Source: a virus
Lineage: Duplodnaviria; Caudoviricetes
DNA length: 41,651 bases
IMG/VR virus record: IMGVR_UViG_3300037851_000257
Location: 1 to 41,651 of that record
Reading direction: 5' to 3' (one strand)
The position numbers and the translations under genes are program-made. The stretch's first letter is position 1. Each line of letters opens with the position of its first letter. Below are positions 26,186 to 36,612 of the stretch, piece by piece. The notes beneath the pieces were generated by a model. That model was given only the letters and a program-made list of their open reading frames with translations, was not told where the DNA came from and searched no databases.

Positions 26186-27247
26186 ATGCCGAGTGTGCTC
26201 TTCCACGACGGGCTCGGGCAATACGCCGACACCACGGACATGGCGACACGGTTCCTGTCGGTGTCGTCAGGCACCCTCGCTGCAGATACGCCCCGCACGG
26301 GTGCGAAGGAGTACACCACCACTGCGGGGACGGCCTCCTCATTCGGTGGGTTCATAGTAGCTGTCAACCCATCCGCCTCATCAGGGGTGGTCGGCTCTAG
26401 GGTCTACGTGAAGGGCTTATCAGGCTCGGACGACAGGTTGAACACGATATTTGAAATACGACACCCAAGCGGCACCGGGCACCTCAGCCTCGGGATGCGG
26501 AATGATGGGTCGCTCCGGGTCGCGCGAAGCATCTACAGCGGAACCACGCTTGGCACGAGCGCGGCGGGCGTGCTGGCCGCGCTGACGCGGTATTTCATTG
26601 AAATGGTCTTCACCATCGACGAGACGGCTGGTAGCGTGGAGGTGTTTGTCAATGGGGTCTCTGTGCTGTCTTTGACCGGGCAAGACACCTGCAACGTCAC
26701 TGGGGAGACAGCCTGGACGACGGTCGCGTTCAACGCTGGGAACGCCACCTACGGGGTAAAGCACACCGATGTCTACGTCGCGGACGATGCCGACGACGAC
26801 CTGTCGCCGGTGGGTGAGTGTCAGACGGACTTCCACCAACTGAACGGCGACGGCAACAGCAGCGACTGGACCCGGTCTACGGGCGCCGTGCAGTACGCCA
26901 CGATCGAGGAGGTGCCCGTTAGTGCAACCGACTACAACGGCACCGCCACGGTTGGCAACAAGGACACGATGGCGCTGGAGGCGCTGAAGGAGACGGGGGC
27001 GGAAATCATCGCTGTCACGCCCGTGCTCTACGCTTGGAAGGAAGAGCCGGGCAGCGCGCTCATCAAGACCGTTGTGCGCCGCGGGACGACCGACTACGCC
27101 AGCACCACCGCAGTCGCGCCGTCGGAGGGCAGCGCGAACGCGCGGCACCTCAGCGACCTACCGCTCATGACCGATCCCAGCACAGACCTGCCGTGGACCG
27201 AGACGGACTTCAATGGCATGGAGGTCGGCTACGAAAAGGTCTCGTAA
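26186..27247 (+). CDS. Minor tail protein, lectin/ConA-like beta-sandwich
   Basis: YFIEMVFTIDETAGSVEVFVNG; Ser/Thr-rich; C-terminal DPSTDLPWT. Confidence 0.6.
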   Translation: MPSVLFHDGLGQYADTTDMATRFLSVSSGTLAADTPRTGAKEYTTTAGTASSFGGFIVAVNPSASSGVVGSRVYVKGLSGSDDRLNTIFEIRHPSGTGHLSLGMRNDGSLRVARSIYSGTTLGTSAAGVLAALTRYFIEMVFTIDETAGSVEVFVNGVSVLSLTGQDTCNVTGETAWTTVAFNAGNATYGVKHTDVYVADDADDDLSPVGECQTDFHQLNGDGNSSDWTRSTGAVQYATIEEVPVSATDYNGTATVGNKDTMALEALKETGAEIIAVTPVLYAWKEEPGSALIKTVVRRGTTDYASTTAVAPSEGSANARHLSDLPLMTDPSTDLPWTETDFNGMEVGYEKVS

Positions 27248-27269
27248 CGCTCCGTAGCCCCAGACGACG

Positions 27270-28175
27270 ATGGCGACGTTCACCCAGCTCTACCTGACGA
27301 CGCGCACCGCGCCCTACACCCCCGCGACGATCCGCGGGGCGTGGGATGACACGGGCGGCGCCGTCACGAATGGCTTGGACTCGCGCAAGGAGTGGGGCGG
27401 GGTCATTACGTCCGTGGCTCGCGCCGAGACGAACGCGACCACCGAATACGATGTGCTCCTGTACCGCGGCGTCTCTGGGCCGCTGGCGGCGCAGACCATT
27501 TCCGGCAACCTGGACGTCGTCCTCGGCGTGCGCGAGTCCAGCACGTCGATGGACGGGCACTGGCACCTGCACGTCTACGTCACGCAGGGCGACAGCGATA
27601 CCCCGCGCGGCACGCTCCTGAGCGACTATCGCGAGGCCGGCGGCACGAACGAATGGCCGACGACCGCGCAGGGGTGGGCACTCAACGCCGCCCAGGCCCT
27701 GAGTTCCCTCGCCATCTCCGCGGGGGACCGCCTCGTCGTCGAGATCGGGTTCGCCGCCCGCAACTCCGTCACCACCTCGTACACGGGCACGCTCTGGTAC
27801 GGGACGCAGCTCGACGCGGGCGGCCCGCCGGTAAACGACCTCACCGCGGCCGGCGACGAGACGACGCTCGCGGGCTACCTGAGCTTCTCGTCGGCGATCA
27901 CTGAGCAGGACGTCGAGAACCGCGTCGGCGCCGAATACGTCCTGGCGCTGACGCAGGGCGAAGCCGGGGCCATCGAGACGCGCGTCGGCGCCGAATACGT
28001 GCTCGCACTGACGCGCGACCCGTCCGAGGCCCGCGTGGGTGCGGTCTACGTCCTGGCCCTCTTGCGGGTCTCGCGGCGGCTCTACGACGACGGCCCTGCG
28101 GACCTCGGCGAAGACCCCTGCGGGAAGCCGGGCTTTCACACCTGGCTGGAGTGGGCGACCGAGGTGGTGCCATGA
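27270..28175 (+). CDS. Minor tail protein with triple RVGA(E/V)YVLAL repeat
   Basis: Beta-rich ORF in tail module; repeats at 27921, 27981, 28032. Confidence 0.65.
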   Translation: MATFTQLYLTTRTAPYTPATIRGAWDDTGGAVTNGLDSRKEWGGVITSVARAETNATTEYDVLLYRGVSGPLAAQTISGNLDVVLGVRESSTSMDGHWHLHVYVTQGDSDTPRGTLLSDYREAGGTNEWPTTAQGWALNAAQALSSLAISAGDRLVVEIGFAARNSVTTSYTGTLWYGTQLDAGGPPVNDLTAAGDETTLAGYLSFSSAITEQDVENRVGAEYVLALTQGEAGAIETRVGAEYVLALTRDPSEARVGAVYVLALLRVSRRLYDDGPADLGEDPCGKPGFHTWLEWATEVVP

Positions 28176-29989
28176 CCACCGTGGTGCGCGGGTTCTCTGA
28201 CGAGTCACTCCCTGATCCGCCTAGCTACTACAGCGGCCACAAGCGCCCGCTCGTGCTGTCGTGGGCCGCGTGCGCCAGGGCCCTGTCCTCGCTGGACGGC
28301 GACTGGGAGGCGGCCAGGACGACGGTCGAGTTGTCGGACATCGACGGATCGCTGCGGGCGCTCGAGCTGGCGCGCAGCCAGGTCGGCACGGCCGCCACCC
28401 TGCGCTGGGTGAGCCCGGCGGGGCGGGCGGCCCGCGTGACCGCGCGTACGTTGTTCGCGGGCCAGGTGCTGGACGTCCAGCAGACCGGCGACTACCGCGT
28501 CATCGTGTCCTTGCGTGATGCGGCGGCGGCGATGCTCACCAGTCCCGACGGCCGGGACCGGCAGTTCCCGTCGCGCACGATCTCGCTGACCGACTTCCCC
28601 AACGCGGCGGCGTCTGTGCTTGGCGGCCCGGTCCCGGTGTTCTTCGGCTACGTCGCGGACTACCGCGGGTCGGAAGCCACCGACGCGCGGGGCCTCATCG
28701 AGCCCGTCTACGTGGGGACGCGCGTCCTCATGGACGGCCTCACGTGGCACGAATGGGTGGTCGCGGGCCATGCCTGCGATCGGATTACGGCGCTGGTGAC
28801 CGGCACGGAGGCCGGCAGCGACCGCGCCGTCCTGGTGCCTGGCGATGCCGACTTCGGCACGGTCTGGCTGGCGCCGAAAGAGGCCGGTTGGACCACCGCC
28901 TGCGGCGCGGAGCTCGCCCGCACCTACAACGGTCGTGACTACTGCTGTCTCTACGGCCGCGGCACCCTGCCGGATGCCTGCGCGGCGGGCACGACGCGCC
29001 TCGGCGTCAACGTCAAGGGGTGGACGCGCGACGGGATCGGGGGCGACTACATCAGCGACCTCTTCGAGCAGTGGCTGGTCTTCCTGGTCAACTACGTCTG
29101 CGGCGAGATCATCCCGCCCCCACCCGGCACGTCCTACGCGACGCTGCGCGAGTGGCAGTCGGGCGCGCTGCTTCCGATGCCCACGGTCAACGGCGTCGCC
29201 ATGGTCGATGCGACGTCGTTCTACACGCTGAAGGCCGAGGCCGCCTTGCGCGTGACCGGCGGCTACGAGGGCTACGTGGCCCTCGACCGGGCCCAGTCGA
29301 TGCGGCAGATTCTCGCGGACTTCGCCCGCTCCGCCGGCGCCTATTTGGGCGTCAATCAATCCGGCCAGTACGCCGTCGTCGCGGTGCCGGTGTCCTTTGG
29401 CTCGCCGCTGGCCGTCTCGACCGCGACGGATGTGCTGCGCGAAAGCTTCACCCCGACGATCCCAAGCGCCCGTGAGCGGGTGCACACCGTGAAGGTGCGG
29501 GCCTTCCGTGCGCCGCAGGGCGCGGAGTATGACTGGGCCGGGTCGGAGGTCATCGGCGCCACCACGCAACCGCAGCGCGACCTCGACCTGCCGTTCCTCA
29601 CGAACTGGGACGGGGTCACGGTGAGCCCGGCCGCCCGCGCGGTCGCGGTGCGCTGGCTGGCGCTGACGGCCGCCCGCCAGGTCACGTTCCGCACGACCCC
29701 GTGCGTCGGGTTCCAGTTGGACCTTGGGGCCCTCTTCACGCTAGACCACGACGCCGGCTGGCCGGATCGCGTCTGGATGGTGCACCGGTGGTCGGTGGAC
29801 CCGCGCACCTACGCGATCGAGATCACCGCGGTCGATGTGGGCGGCATCGTGGCGGTCGTGGAGGCCGAGGAAGCGGCGAGCACGGGTGGGGTGCCACAGG
29901 GCGACGAGGGCGCGCCGGTCATGTGGGCGGACCCGTGGGAGGCCTGGCGGCCTGGCCTGGCGGCCCCGCCCGCCGAGGTCTTGAGCTAA
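28172..29989 (+). CDS. Tail tip/hub protein
   Basis: ISLTDFPNA...GGPVPVFFG...LDLGALFTLDH; synteny. Confidence 0.65.
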   Translation: MTTVVRGFSDESLPDPPSYYSGHKRPLVLSWAACARALSSLDGDWEAARTTVELSDIDGSLRALELARSQVGTAATLRWVSPAGRAARVTARTLFAGQVLDVQQTGDYRVIVSLRDAAAAMLTSPDGRDRQFPSRTISLTDFPNAAASVLGGPVPVFFGYVADYRGSEATDARGLIEPVYVGTRVLMDGLTWHEWVVAGHACDRITALVTGTEAGSDRAVLVPGDADFGTVWLAPKEAGWTTACGAELARTYNGRDYCCLYGRGTLPDACAAGTTRLGVNVKGWTRDGIGGDYISDLFEQWLVFLVNYVCGEIIPPPPGTSYATLREWQSGALLPMPTVNGVAMVDATSFYTLKAEAALRVTGGYEGYVALDRAQSMRQILADFARSAGAYLGVNQSGQYAVVAVPVSFGSPLAVSTATDVLRESFTPTIPSARERVHTVKVRAFRAPQGAEYDWAGSEVIGATTQPQRDLDLPFLTNWDGVTVSPAARAVAVRWLALTAARQVTFRTTPCVGFQLDLGALFTLDHDAGWPDRVWMVHRWSVDPRTYAIEITAVDVGGIVAVVEAEEAASTGGVPQGDEGAPVMWADPWEAWRPGLAAPPAEVLS

Positions 29990-30002
29990 GGAGACACCGA
30001 CA

Positions 30003-30443
30003 ATGGCGATGTACGCAGCGACGTTCGCACGCACCGCAGACACGACCTACGCCGTCGGCAATATCACGGCGTCGAGCAGCCAGCGGCGCACCCGCTGGAC
30101 CTACCTTTCGCTCGGGTTCATCGGCACGCCGGCGGATGCCGCGGCGCATGTCCAGGTGAAGCGGTGCTCGACCACCGGGACGGGCAGTTCCGTGACCATC
30201 CGCGCCCTGGACGATGCGGACCTCATCGCCACGGCGACGGCGAGGGAGAACCTCACGGCCAACCCGACAGTGAGCGAGATCCTGCTCAGCGAGGCGTGTC
30301 ACCAGCGGGCCACGCTGCGCTGGTGGGCGGGGCCTGGCGGCGGGCTCATCACCCCTGCCACCACGAGCTACGGGCTGGCGATCCTGACACCGGTGGCCCC
30401 GGAAATCGACGTCGTGTCCACCGTGCACTTCGAGGAGCTCTGA
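30003..30443 (+). CDS. Putative virion protein
   Basis: AAGGAG RBS; Thr-rich beta protein ending VHFEEL. Confidence 0.6.
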   Translation: MAMYAATFARTADTTYAVGNITASSSQRRTRWTYLSLGFIGTPADAAAHVQVKRCSTTGTGSSVTIRALDDADLIATATARENLTANPTVSEILLSEACHQRATLRWWAGPGGGLITPATTSYGLAILTPVAPEIDVVSTVHFEEL

Positions 30444-30700
30444 TGGCGCAGCGCCGCGGCTACCTGGTCGTGACGTCTGAGGCCGGCGTCGAGCGCGAAG
30501 CCGACACGGTCCACTGCGTGCACTGCACGGCGGTCGTGGCGGTCGGGCCGGGCGCGCCCCTGCAGTCCAGCGGCTGGTGTAGCCGCTGCGCGGACGTCGT
30601 GTGCGCGCGCTGCGCCGCGTCGGGCCGCTGTGTCCCGTTCGAGGCCGCGTTCGCACGGCAGGAAGCCCGCGCGCGGTTGCTCCGGCAGGTGGGCGTATGA
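30443..30700 (+). CDS. Small zinc-finger protein
   Basis: HCVHC...WCSRC..VCARC...CVPFE; coupled at both ends. Confidence 0.7.
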   Translation: MAQRRGYLVVTSEAGVEREADTVHCVHCTAVVAVGPGAPLQSSGWCSRCADVVCARCAASGRCVPFEAAFARQEARARLLRQVGV

Positions 30701-31029
30701 CCCTCCCTGACGACCGCGAGGAGCGCGCGATGGCGGATGACCCCCGATGGGCCTGGCTCGAGCAACGACTGTTAGAGATCCACCACGACGTGAAGGCGAT
30801 CAACGGCACGGTGCGGCGCCATGACGTGGCCGTCGCGAAGCTCGAATCTCTCGCGCATCGGCAGGAGTCCTGCAACCTGGTCGCCCAGGTGCGCAAAGAC
30901 GTGGATGGCCTGCTCATGGAGCGCCGGCTCGACCAGCAGATGCGCGCCGTGCTGGTGGGCGTCGCGACGGTCATTGGTGGAATCATCGTGCTGGTCGCGC
31001 AGATGCTGGCGCAGAAGTGGTGGCACTGA
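30697..31029 (+). CDS. Holin-like coiled-coil + single TM protein
   Basis: DVKAINGTVRRH coiled coil; AVLVGVATVIGGIIVLVAQML TM. Confidence 0.55.
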   Translation: MTLPDDREERAMADDPRWAWLEQRLLEIHHDVKAINGTVRRHDVAVAKLESLAHRQESCNLVAQVRKDVDGLLMERRLDQQMRAVLVGVATVIGGIIVLVAQMLAQKWWH

Positions 31030-31157
31030 TGACGTGCGCGCATTGCGGCAACGACGACGCCACCCTGCTCGAGCGCGATCCGCTCGGGTGGCTCTACTGC
31101 GTGGTGTGCGCGATGGTGACCTGGGTAGGTCCGCAGGAGGCGTGCCGATGGCGATGA
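31029..31157 (+). CDS. 42-aa zinc-ribbon microprotein (not in ORF track)
   Basis: MTCAHCGNDD...LYCVVCA; TGATG coupling. Confidence 0.6.
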   Translation: MTCAHCGNDDATLLERDPLGWLYCVVCAMVTWVGPQEACRWR

Positions 31158-31738
31158 GTGCGCAGGTGTGGGAGACGGTCCAGGACTTCGCGCAGGCGTT
31201 CCCGCCGCCGGCGAGTCCGGCGGCCCCGTTCGGCCCCGACACGGCCGCGAGTCTGGTCGCCGCGCATGAGGAGGCCTGCCGCGGGTGGACGCGGCGCCTC
31301 GCCGAGCAGCTCGCCTACAGCCACGGGGTGGCCTGGGGCCACAAGCGCGCCGGCGCTGATCGGCCGCCCTCGAAAGACGCGGTGGCGACCCAGCTCCCCT
31401 TCGTGGGCTACGACATCTTGCGCGGCAGCGGCACGGGCGCCCCGGAGCTGGCCGTCTACCCGCCGCTCGAGCACGACCTGACCGGCCAGACGTTCATCCC
31501 GGTTGTCGCGACGAATCACCTCGGCGTCATCCTCGACCCGCCGGACGACGACCCCGATCCGCCCGACGAGGACCCCGACGTGGACGTCGTCGCCGAGTTG
31601 GTGGCGATCCGGGGCGACCTCGACGCGATGAAGGCCGAGCTCGCCTCGGCCAACGAACAGCGCCAGGTGGTGCTGCAGGTCTTGGCACGCATCGCGGCGA
31701 CGCTGGAGCCGCCGCTGGCCGTGAAGCTGCGCTGGTGA
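31148..31738 (+). CDS. Hypothetical protein with acidic Pro linker and coiled-coil tail
   Basis: AGGAGG RBS before ATG31148; WGHKRAGADRPPSKDA; DPPDDDPDPPDEDPD. Confidence 0.7.
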   Translation: MAMSAQVWETVQDFAQAFPPPASPAAPFGPDTAASLVAAHEEACRGWTRRLAEQLAYSHGVAWGHKRAGADRPPSKDAVATQLPFVGYDILRGSGTGAPELAVYPPLEHDLTGQTFIPVVATNHLGVILDPPDDDPDPPDEDPDVDVVAELVAIRGDLDAMKAELASANEQRQVVLQVLARIAATLEPPLAVKLRW

Positions 31739-31782
31739 ACCCGATCCCGGCGTGACCGGGTCCTGAGTTGCGGAGTGCCCCA

Positions 31783-33702
31783 ATGGCAAAGATCACCGAC
31801 CCTGACCTCCTGGCCGACGAGGCGTCGTTTACCGGCGCCACCGAGGTCTTCATCAACCCTGCGACGAAGACCATCCGGCTCACGGTCGTCGGCGACCTGT
31901 CGAACTTGGGCGTGCAGAACGAGAACGGGGTCACGCTGAAGTGCCTGTACTCCTTCCTCAAGGAGGAGTGGAAGAACGACCCCAACTCGAAGAACCTCGC
32001 CGCCTACCCGTTCCCGCTCACTCCCATCACCGACGAGAGCTTCGAGTTCGGCGACGGGTGGGACTTCTACGACGACGCAGCGCGGTACCTCATCCGCGAT
32101 GCCGGCTGGACGGTCAAGAACACGTCCGGCAACGTGACGCAGAAGTGGGCGGGGGTCATCGGCCTCGGCAGCATCGAGACGAACGACCAGCTCTATTACC
32201 AGCAGAGCACGGGCGGGGCCGCCGTGAACGTGCAGCTGACCGGCCAGATCAACCAGGCCGTGCAGATCCTGCGCGACGACGACGGCGACGGCAACTACAG
32301 CGAGAACGACGACTACGACCGCAGGTCGTACTTCGCGCTGTTCGCGCGCGAGTACCAGCAGCTCTACGGCAAGGCGACGCTGACGGACATCGGCGTCACG
32401 GCAATGGACTCGATCGCCTACCGGTTCCCGATCAGCACGGGCACCGACCTGAAGATCACGGACAGCGACGGCACCGTCGCGGCGTCCCTGCCGTACACGG
32501 CCATCCAGATCCGGTACTTCGACCAGGCCTACAGCCGCGACGTGGACAGCGGCACGAATCGCCTGTTCGGCATCGTTGTGGACGTCGGTACCCACTCCGG
32601 CGTCGATGGCTCGGCCCCAGGCGGCGCCAGCGTGCTCACGACGGCCGAAGGGGGCATGACCGTCAACGCCTACGCGGGCGGTACGCTGACCATCCACGAG
32701 GGCACCGACGAGGGCGTTCTCTTCCCCATCGTGAGCAACACCGCGACCACCATCACGGTCACGGGGACGATCGCGGCGGCCGCCAACGTCTCGTTCACCG
32801 CGCAACTGGCGTCGCCGGTCACGGCGTCGATCGCGCAGATCTACACGAAGGTCCAGTACCAGCTCCGGCAGAGCGGGGACATCGACGCCACCGACCAGGC
32901 GGTCACGGGCAAGACCGCCGACGCGCTGATGCGGTTCGTCGGCAACAACCTGATCTGCGGCAACCCGACGCCGACGAACCCCAATGGCGGCGGGTCCGGT
33001 GTCATCATCGAGGGCTTCGCGGCCTCCGACACGAACGACATCGACTTCTACGACAACAGCGCGGCGACCTGCGCCTACCCCTTCGTGGCGGCGCTCACGC
33101 TGAACTTCGGGGACAACCTAAAGAACGACGCCGACGCCAAGTACTGGGTGTGGTTCACCGCCACGCACGAGGCGACCAACACCGGGTTCGCCATCACGTC
33201 GGCGAGCGGCCAGACCGCGACGCTCACCAGCACGACGACGGACCTCAGCCAGGTGCTCGACAACGAGGAGTTCCTCGTCTCGGGGTTCGCGACGCCGGCG
33301 AACAACGGGATGTACCGGGCGACCGCCAACGGGGCCGCCGGCTCGGTGGCCGTCGAGAAGGCCGACACGGGCGACGCGAACTTCGCCAACGAGAGCGCGG
33401 GGGCCTCGGTGACGCTGGCGTTCAACCCGTTCGGGTCCGCCTCGGCGCTCCTCGTGGACGACAACACGGGGGCGGACATGACCGGCGCGGTCGGCGGCGC
33501 GTCGAGTGTGCAGAAGTCGTTCAACTACGACGGCAACGTGCAGGGCGGGCGGCCGTCCGCCGCGGCCGCGTCGATCACCGCCGTCGGCATCGGCCTCAGC
33601 ACGGGCCAGTACGTGAAAGCCACCGGCACCATTGCGGAGAGCGTGAGCAACAGTCTGTCGCTCGTGGCGCCCTACGAGCGCAACTACGCCAACCCGGCGT
33701 AA
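31783..33702 (+). CDS. Large putative virion/fibre protein A
   Basis: MAKITDPDLL; Ser/Thr/Gly-rich; ends ERNYANPA. Confidence 0.75.
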   Translation: MAKITDPDLLADEASFTGATEVFINPATKTIRLTVVGDLSNLGVQNENGVTLKCLYSFLKEEWKNDPNSKNLAAYPFPLTPITDESFEFGDGWDFYDDAARYLIRDAGWTVKNTSGNVTQKWAGVIGLGSIETNDQLYYQQSTGGAAVNVQLTGQINQAVQILRDDDGDGNYSENDDYDRRSYFALFAREYQQLYGKATLTDIGVTAMDSIAYRFPISTGTDLKITDSDGTVAASLPYTAIQIRYFDQAYSRDVDSGTNRLFGIVVDVGTHSGVDGSAPGGASVLTTAEGGMTVNAYAGGTLTIHEGTDEGVLFPIVSNTATTITVTGTIAAAANVSFTAQLASPVTASIAQIYTKVQYQLRQSGDIDATDQAVTGKTADALMRFVGNNLICGNPTPTNPNGGGSGVIIEGFAASDTNDIDFYDNSAATCAYPFVAALTLNFGDNLKNDADAKYWVWFTATHEATNTGFAITSASGQTATLTSTTTDLSQVLDNEEFLVSGFATPANNGMYRATANGAAGSVAVEKADTGDANFANESAGASVTLAFNPFGSASALLVDDNTGADMTGAVGGASSVQKSFNYDGNVQGGRPSAAAASITAVGIGLSTGQYVKATGTIAESVSNSLSLVAPYERNYANPA

Positions 33703-33711
33703 GGGACGGCG

Positions 33712-35997
33712 ATGGCGAAGATCCGCGACGCGGTCGTCACCCAGCTGACGGCAGAGGCCACCACGATTTCGTGCGTGCTCCCGACGCACGAGACCAACGA
33801 CCTCCTGCTGGTCATCGTCTCGAAGGACGCGGCCATCTCCGGCTCCTGGGCGGTGACGGTCGCGTCCGGGTGGGCGATCGGCGGCAGCGCGTCCCAGACG
33901 GCGAACGCCTGGGTCTGGGCGTGGAAGATTGCGACGTCGTCGTCTGAGACGAACCCCACGCTCGGCCAGTCCGATTCGGACTCCATGTTGGCCGTCGCGA
34001 TGTCGATTCGGGGGGTGGACACCGGTACCCCGTTTCACGTCAATCCGGGAAACGGGACAGGGTCTACCGGCGCGTCTGGTGCGCCCACGGTGGCGGGCGC
34101 GGCCACGTCTGTCACGAACGTGCTGATGATCTACAGCATCTGTTCAGACCTGGGTGTGGGACCGACGCCAGATCCGGGCCTGATCCGGGTGTGCTCGGAC
34201 GACTCCGGCTCCGCGTCGTTGGGGGTGGGCTGGACGTTCCAACCGGCCACGGGCACGTCTGGCACGTATGCCTTTACGTGTGCGAATCCGAGCGGGACGT
34301 CCCTGCCGCGGTACACGGCGTGTTTCGGGATCAAGGATGACGGCACCAGCGGGCAGATCCCCGCCTACCACGATCCCGGGCAGACGCTCGCCACGATGAT
34401 CGACCCGATCACCGGGACGACCTACCCGCTCAACACGGGCTGGCAGGCGACCACCATCGACATCACGACGATCGGGTCGAAGAGCGCCGCCTACGACGCC
34501 ATCGGCAACGTGGCCGACGCGGGCGTCAACCCCTTTCACGCGGTGGCGCAGATCACGCCGGTGGCCTCGAGCAACCTGGGCGGGACGCAGTTCAACTTCT
34601 CAGCCTCGAAGAACGTCTCGGCGGGCCTCCTGCTCTGGACGTTTCGCTTTGCGACGCCCCGCGACTACATCGACACGGGGTTCGTCTCGACCGGCGGCAT
34701 CCAGCTCGTGCTGGCCGACGCGAGCAACAACTACCGGAGCTGGATGGTCGGCGCGCAGAGCGCGAAAACGACCCTACCAGCCGGCCACAACCTAGTGGCG
34801 ATCCAGCCGGGGCAGTCGTCGTCAACCCGGTACGCGGATGGCGGCACGCTCGGGCTCTCAGCGGTGACAAAGTTCCTGTTCCTCCAGACGAACCCACTCG
34901 GGGCCGGCGCGCTGAACATGAGTCAGCTCGTGCAGGTAACGGGCGTCAGGCTCGCCGGCGGGTCCTCGTCGGTGCCGGCCACCTTCGCAGACCTGGTCTC
35001 GGTCCTGAACGGCTTCGTGCTGGCGTTTGCGCCGCAGCTCGGGCCGGCCGCGATCATGTGCTACGTGCCCATCCAGATCGGCGGGGCGAAGGCCGTCGCC
35101 CTGGACGCCTCGAACTTCGCCATCCAGTTCCCGCGCCGCGCGGCGCAGACGACGGGCTACCTCGACTTCCATGTCGATGAGAACGTCGTCGGGTTCATCT
35201 TCGATGGGCAGTCCGGCGACGTGATCAAGCTGCGCAGTGGCCTGATCGCGTCCGACAGCAAGTTCAAGTTCGAGTTCCTGTCCTCGGTCTCCGCAAGCGC
35301 CACCTGGGATTTCTACGGGTTGACGATCATCGGCGCGACGCCAACGCTCAGGAACATCGGCACGTCGGCGTCGGCCGGCTTCCGGTCCATGTCGTTTATC
35401 GACTGCGACCAGATCGTGCAGAACGGCGCCACGCTGACCGCGTGCACGGTGGACGACACCCTACACGCGACGGCGGCGCTGCTCAGCGACGATCCCGGCA
35501 AGATCGCCTCGTGCACGTTCCTCTCGGGCGGGACGAAACACGCCATCGAGATCACCACGGCGGGCACGTACGCGTTCGTCGGCAACGTCTTCTCCGGCTA
35601 CGCCGCGAGCAACGGCTCCACCGGCAACGAGGCGATCTTCAACAATTCCGGCGGCGCGGTGACGCTCAACGTGTCGGGCGCCTCGGCCCCGAGCGTCCGC
35701 AACGGCAGCGGCGCCTCCACGACGGTCAACGCCAACGTCACGGTGACACTGACCGGGCTGAAGAACCCGAGCGAGGTGCGCGTCTTCGCGGCGGGGACGA
35801 CGACCGAGCTGGCTGACACCGGCGCAGAGTCGGTGACCGACGGCGACCACGCCTTCTCGGTGGGGTCCGGGGTCGCCGTAGACATCGCCATCCTCTCGCT
35901 CGGCTACCAGAACTTGCGCATTCTGAACTACTCGACCACCAGCAACGCCACCGTGCCGGTCAGCCAGGTGCTCGACCGGCAATACGAGAATCCCTAG
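33712..35997 (+). CDS. Large putative fibre/receptor-binding protein B
   Basis: 761 aa, Ser/Thr/Gly-rich with beta-helix-like segment; ends DRQYENP. Confidence 0.75.
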   Translation: MAKIRDAVVTQLTAEATTISCVLPTHETNDLLLVIVSKDAAISGSWAVTVASGWAIGGSASQTANAWVWAWKIATSSSETNPTLGQSDSDSMLAVAMSIRGVDTGTPFHVNPGNGTGSTGASGAPTVAGAATSVTNVLMIYSICSDLGVGPTPDPGLIRVCSDDSGSASLGVGWTFQPATGTSGTYAFTCANPSGTSLPRYTACFGIKDDGTSGQIPAYHDPGQTLATMIDPITGTTYPLNTGWQATTIDITTIGSKSAAYDAIGNVADAGVNPFHAVAQITPVASSNLGGTQFNFSASKNVSAGLLLWTFRFATPRDYIDTGFVSTGGIQLVLADASNNYRSWMVGAQSAKTTLPAGHNLVAIQPGQSSSTRYADGGTLGLSAVTKFLFLQTNPLGAGALNMSQLVQVTGVRLAGGSSSVPATFADLVSVLNGFVLAFAPQLGPAAIMCYVPIQIGGAKAVALDASNFAIQFPRRAAQTTGYLDFHVDENVVGFIFDGQSGDVIKLRSGLIASDSKFKFEFLSSVSASATWDFYGLTIIGATPTLRNIGTSASAGFRSMSFIDCDQIVQNGATLTACTVDDTLHATAALLSDDPGKIASCTFLSGGTKHAIEITTAGTYAFVGNVFSGYAASNGSTGNEAIFNNSGGAVTLNVSGASAPSVRNGSGASTTVNANVTVTLTGLKNPSEVRVFAAGTTTELADTGAESVTDGDHAFSVGSGVAVDIAILSLGYQNLRILNYSTTSNATVPVSQVLDRQYENP

Positions 35998-36006
35998 AGG
36001 TCGCGC

Positions 36007-36609
36007 GTGGCCATCACCTTCGACGGGCCCACCAAGCGCATCGTGCTCAGCAGCGTCACGACGCTCGACGTCCGCGACTGCTACTCGCGCTGGAAGGACT
36101 GGGTCCAGCTCGCGGAGAACAGCCGCTGGCCGCCGGCCTTCGCCCCGGTGGGCGGCGAGCCCATCGACGCCGGCGCCGGCGTCTACATCACGAGCTACTT
36201 CTTTCTGTCGAACGGCTGGCGCGTGCGGCCGCAGGAGAGCGCCCACACGCTCAAGGTCGAGAACGGCGTGCTCCTCACCGACGATGGGGAGGACCCCGTC
36301 GTGCCGACGCTGGGCACCTACCAGGTGCTCGTGCAGTACTCGCAGCCGATCAAGTCGGAGACTATCGCCACGGGCGCGGCCGCGTCGCCAGACTGGGACG
36401 AGCTCCTCGACCTGGCCGACGCCGTCGAGAGCGGCCTGACGCCGCGCCAGGCGCTGCGGCTCATCACGGCGGTCCTGGGCGGCACGCTTAGCGGCGCCGA
36501 GGACTTCGCGCCCGTGTTCCGCGCGGCCCTCACCGACCACAAGCCGCGCGTCACGTCAGACAGCGACGCGCACGGCAACCGCACCGCGGTGACGCTGGAC
36601 TTGGACTGA
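36007..36609 (+). CDS. Putative virion protein C, N-terminus paralogous to protein A
   Basis: FDGPTKRIVL...CYSRWKDW...FFLSNGW; C-terminal TPRQALRL...GNRTAVTLD. Confidence 0.75.
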   Translation: MAITFDGPTKRIVLSSVTTLDVRDCYSRWKDWVQLAENSRWPPAFAPVGGEPIDAGAGVYITSYFFLSNGWRVRPQESAHTLKVENGVLLTDDGEDPVVPTLGTYQVLVQYSQPIKSETIATGAAASPDWDELLDLADAVESGLTPRQALRLITAVLGGTLSGAEDFAPVFRAALTDHKPRVTSDSDAHGNRTAVTLDLD

Positions 36610-36612
36610 CGC

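Noticed and set aside
27921-28062. Mini CRISPR array
   Set aside because: Repeats are in-frame coding, degenerate at synonymous positions, with no leader or cas genes
31941-33947. 668-aa alternative-frame + strand ORF
   Set aside because: Arg-rich frame shadow of the 31783 gene caused by GC3 bias
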